A stretch of DNA of 46,283 bases from a virus. Taxonomy: Duplodnaviria; Heunggongvirae; Uroviricota; Caudoviricetes. The stretch's first letter is position 1. Each line of letters begins with the position of its first letter. The notes beneath the pieces were generated by a model. That model saw only the letters and a list, made by a program, of their open reading frames with translations. It was not told the DNA's origin and searched no databases. Made by a program: the position numbers and the translations under genes. The stretch is taken from positions 1-46,283 of IMG/VR virus record IMGVR_UViG_3300010354_007935. One strand, given 5' to 3'. This document shows, piece after piece, positions 44,457 to 46,283 of this stretch.

Positions 44457-44966
44457 TTAGAAGGTACCTAAATCAAATTGACTGGTGTTTGGGTTTGTAA
44501 ATGATCCTAAATCCAAATCTACGTAGTTATTTGTAGAATCTAGAAGTTGTACTAGAGCGTTTAAAACCCGTATATCTATTCCGTAAACTGTTGTTTGCAC
44601 ATCACCAGTACCTACAATATTGTTTGTGCCAATATTTAAATTTCCACCTAGTTGTGGACTAGGATCATTAACTAATTGGAAAGTTCCGGCAATATTTACT
44701 GTATTTGCAGTATTTGTAATAGCTATTCCGCTAGACCCAGTGATGCTTTTAAATTTTAATACATTATCTACTTTACTAGGACTGGCGACAATACTAGCAC
44801 CCGCCCCTAAGCTAGCGGCGTCCATGGCTCCTAAGTTGCCATTTATTAGAGTTATTGTGTCTTTAATTTTTAAAAACGCAGTTCTAATGTCGTCACCGGT
44901 GCCGTCGTTTGCATAAGTTCCTACATTCAGTATTAAATTGCTGGGTATTGTATATCCGTTGGCCAT
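44457..44966 (-). CDS. Structural protein with gp9/gp10-like N-terminus
   Basis: LNVGTYANDGTGDDIRTAFLKI; DPSPQLGGNL. Confidence 0.65.
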   Translation of the reverse strand: MANGYTIPSNLILNVGTYANDGTGDDIRTAFLKIKDTITLINGNLGAMDAASLGAGASIVASPSKVDNVLKFKSITGSSGIAITNTANTVNIAGTFQLVNDPSPQLGGNLNIGTNNIVGTGDVQTTVYGIDIRVLNALVQLLDSTNNYVDLDLGSFTNPNTSQFDLGTF

Positions 44967-44986
44967 AGTTTGAGCTCTCTTTTAAG

Positions 44987-45014
44987 TATTTAGCAGGATC
45001 TTAGGTAATAAATA
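44987..45014. promoter_or_regulatory. Back-to-back TAAATA late-like boxes (44987-44992 minus; 45009-45014 plus)
   Basis: The plus-strand box lies 4 nt before the ATG at 45019. Confidence 0.6.
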
Positions 45015-45018
45015 TCGC

Positions 45019-45477
45019 ATGAATATACACGCAGATAAAGAGTTTTGGACTACATTAAAATGGCCTGCTGCACCCAATGAGGACGATTTTCGTGTATTTG
45101 CAAAATATTGTACAGGGCGTGTATTATTGCTTGGTAGTACTAAGCTTCTGCTTCCTCTGGCAACAGAAGCTTGGGATTTAGATCCTAAATATGACGATCC
45201 TAAAATTAAAAACAAGGATTGGTTTTCCCTAAACGAGCATTGGGATACAATAATAATTGATGGCGGCTTGGCATTTGGTAAAGAATTTACAGAGCGTGTT
45301 CTTAATGTAGTTATTCCTAATTGTAATTGCTTTGTAGCTCGTGCTTTTCTAAACCCTAACTGGCCTACAAAATATGCGGTGTACTTTCCTCGTGCCGAAG
45401 AACTAACACCGCAGCCTGAAGAACACCCTATTAACGAAGTTTACACATTTTTCATATGGAACAACAAACAATCTTAG
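45019..45477 (+). CDS. Hypothetical protein, possibly Rossmann/methyltransferase-like fold
   Basis: RVLLLGST...WDLDP...WDTIIIDGG pattern; canonical motif I Gly residues incomplete. Confidence 0.6.
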   Translation: MNIHADKEFWTTLKWPAAPNEDDFRVFAKYCTGRVLLLGSTKLLLPLATEAWDLDPKYDDPKIKNKDWFSLNEHWDTIIIDGGLAFGKEFTERVLNVVIPNCNCFVARAFLNPNWPTKYAVYFPRAEELTPQPEEHPINEVYTFFIWNNKQS

Positions 45478-46046
45478 CCATGTACTCAGGCGGTTTAGAC
45501 AGCCTAGGCATGGTCTACAAACTGCTAACTGAAGAACAGTACAAAAACTACAAGTTACACATTCACCACGTTCACCAGCGTAATGTTGAGAACCGTGATC
45601 GTGCGGAAGCTATCACAGTAGAAATGGCTCTAAAAGAACTAGAGAGATTAGGTTACAGTTTTGTCTACAGTGAAAGCGAAATAGGCACACAACCCTATAA
45701 CGGACAGTTTATGTATGATACGGACAGCATCAATTTCTTTGCGGGTTATGTTTGTTCAGTAAATCCTAATATTGTAAAAGTTGCCATGGGTATGCAGAGA
45801 AACGATGCTAGTCAACGATTAGAAGAACGCCGTATTCGTGCTAATAAAATCCTACAGGCATTTACACCTGCTGAAAAGATATTTCCTGTAATTGACATGA
45901 CCAAACGTGAGATCTACGATATGCTACCAGAAACGCTACGTAATATGTTTTGGAGTTGTAGAACTCCTGTCTACACTGAAAAAAATATCGCACCCTGTGG
46001 AAGGTGCGATACTTGTTTAAAACTTAAAGAACAAGGTATTCGTTAA
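45456..46046 (+). CDS. QueC-like PP-loop ATP pyrophosphatase
   Basis: LAMYSGGLDS, FPVIDMTKREI, FWSCR...PCGRCDTC zinc motif. Confidence 0.78.
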   Translation: MEQQTILAMYSGGLDSLGMVYKLLTEEQYKNYKLHIHHVHQRNVENRDRAEAITVEMALKELERLGYSFVYSESEIGTQPYNGQFMYDTDSINFFAGYVCSVNPNIVKVAMGMQRNDASQRLEERRIRANKILQAFTPAEKIFPVIDMTKREIYDMLPETLRNMFWSCRTPVYTEKNIAPCGRCDTCLKLKEQGIR

Positions 46047-46283
46047 TCCCAAGATCCGCCACTCTGTTGCCATGCGCCATCTGTGAAGATTAGTGTACAG
46101 AATCCACGGCTGTCAAAATATGTAGCGTTAGCATCATTGAATATTTTAAACGGAATTAGTAGTCCACTTGTACCTACAGTACCATCTATTCTATAGTTGG
46201 CCACTACAACACCTATGCTTGAAGGTGATGCTCCGTCCTGCATAACTAGATACATAACCTGTCCATCAACGCCGTTTGCTAGG
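46043..46283 (-). CDS. C-terminal part of a tail fibre-like protein (start lies beyond the right edge)
   Basis: Frame is open to the window edge: LANGVDGQVMYLVMQDG...TLIFTDGAWQQSGGSWD. Confidence 0.6.
   Translation of the reverse strand, partial: LANGVDGQVMYLVMQDGASPSSIGVVVANYRIDGTVGTSGLLIPFKIFNDANATYFDSRGFCTLIFTDGAWQQSGGSWD

Noticed and set aside
695-44916. Numerous plus-strand ORFs in the track (e.g. 1566-1910, 7362-7757, 13804-14211, 17447-18001, 26968-27534)
   Set aside because: They are antisense shadows of well-supported minus-strand genes, with no motifs or RBS/promoter support.
44982-45215. Minus-strand 77-aa ORF
   Set aside because: It overlaps the better-supported plus-strand ORF at 45019 and the divergent promoter pair.
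1-46283. Stop-codon reassignment (alternative genetic code)
   Set aside because: Conserved genes read through intact in the standard code, and coding density is high.
1-46283. Integrase, transposase or homing endonuclease
   Set aside because: No recognisable recombinase, DDE, HNH, GIY-YIG or LAGLIDADG motifs in any ORF.

Overview
This 46.3 kb window is an AT-rich, gene-dense segment of a large T4-like (myovirus-type, probably jumbo) phage of a Gram-negative host, with almost all genes on the minus strand. From left to right it contains: (1) a nucleotide-modification cluster of about 13 kb (guaC GMP reductase, purine PRTase, folE, HIT, cupin, GT4 glycosyltransferase, QueD-like T-fold protein, MDR and Gfo/Idh/MocA oxidoreductases, a divergent TGT/DpdA-like base-exchange enzyme, TauE and DUF2061 membrane proteins, UDP-sugar dehydrogenase), apparently co-transcribed with a putative sliding clamp; (2) a family B DNA polymerase with twin leader hairpins; (3) a block of putative internal head proteins, several with M-[KR]-x-x-[ED]-L-x-E N-termini, including an HxGH nucleotidyltransferase, a KWDG ligase-like protein and Dps; (4) ClpA and a DnaJ-like protein; (5) an extended lysis region (holin, spanins, GH19 endolysin); (6) phoH, dCMP deaminase, clamp loader, GroES and a DnaE-like fragment; (7) baseplate/tail genes interrupted by an inverted QueC-like cassette. 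The strongest candidate for a new system is a 7-deazaguanine DNA modification pathway coupled to sugar activation and transfer. All family assignments are from motif recognition by eye; no searches were run.
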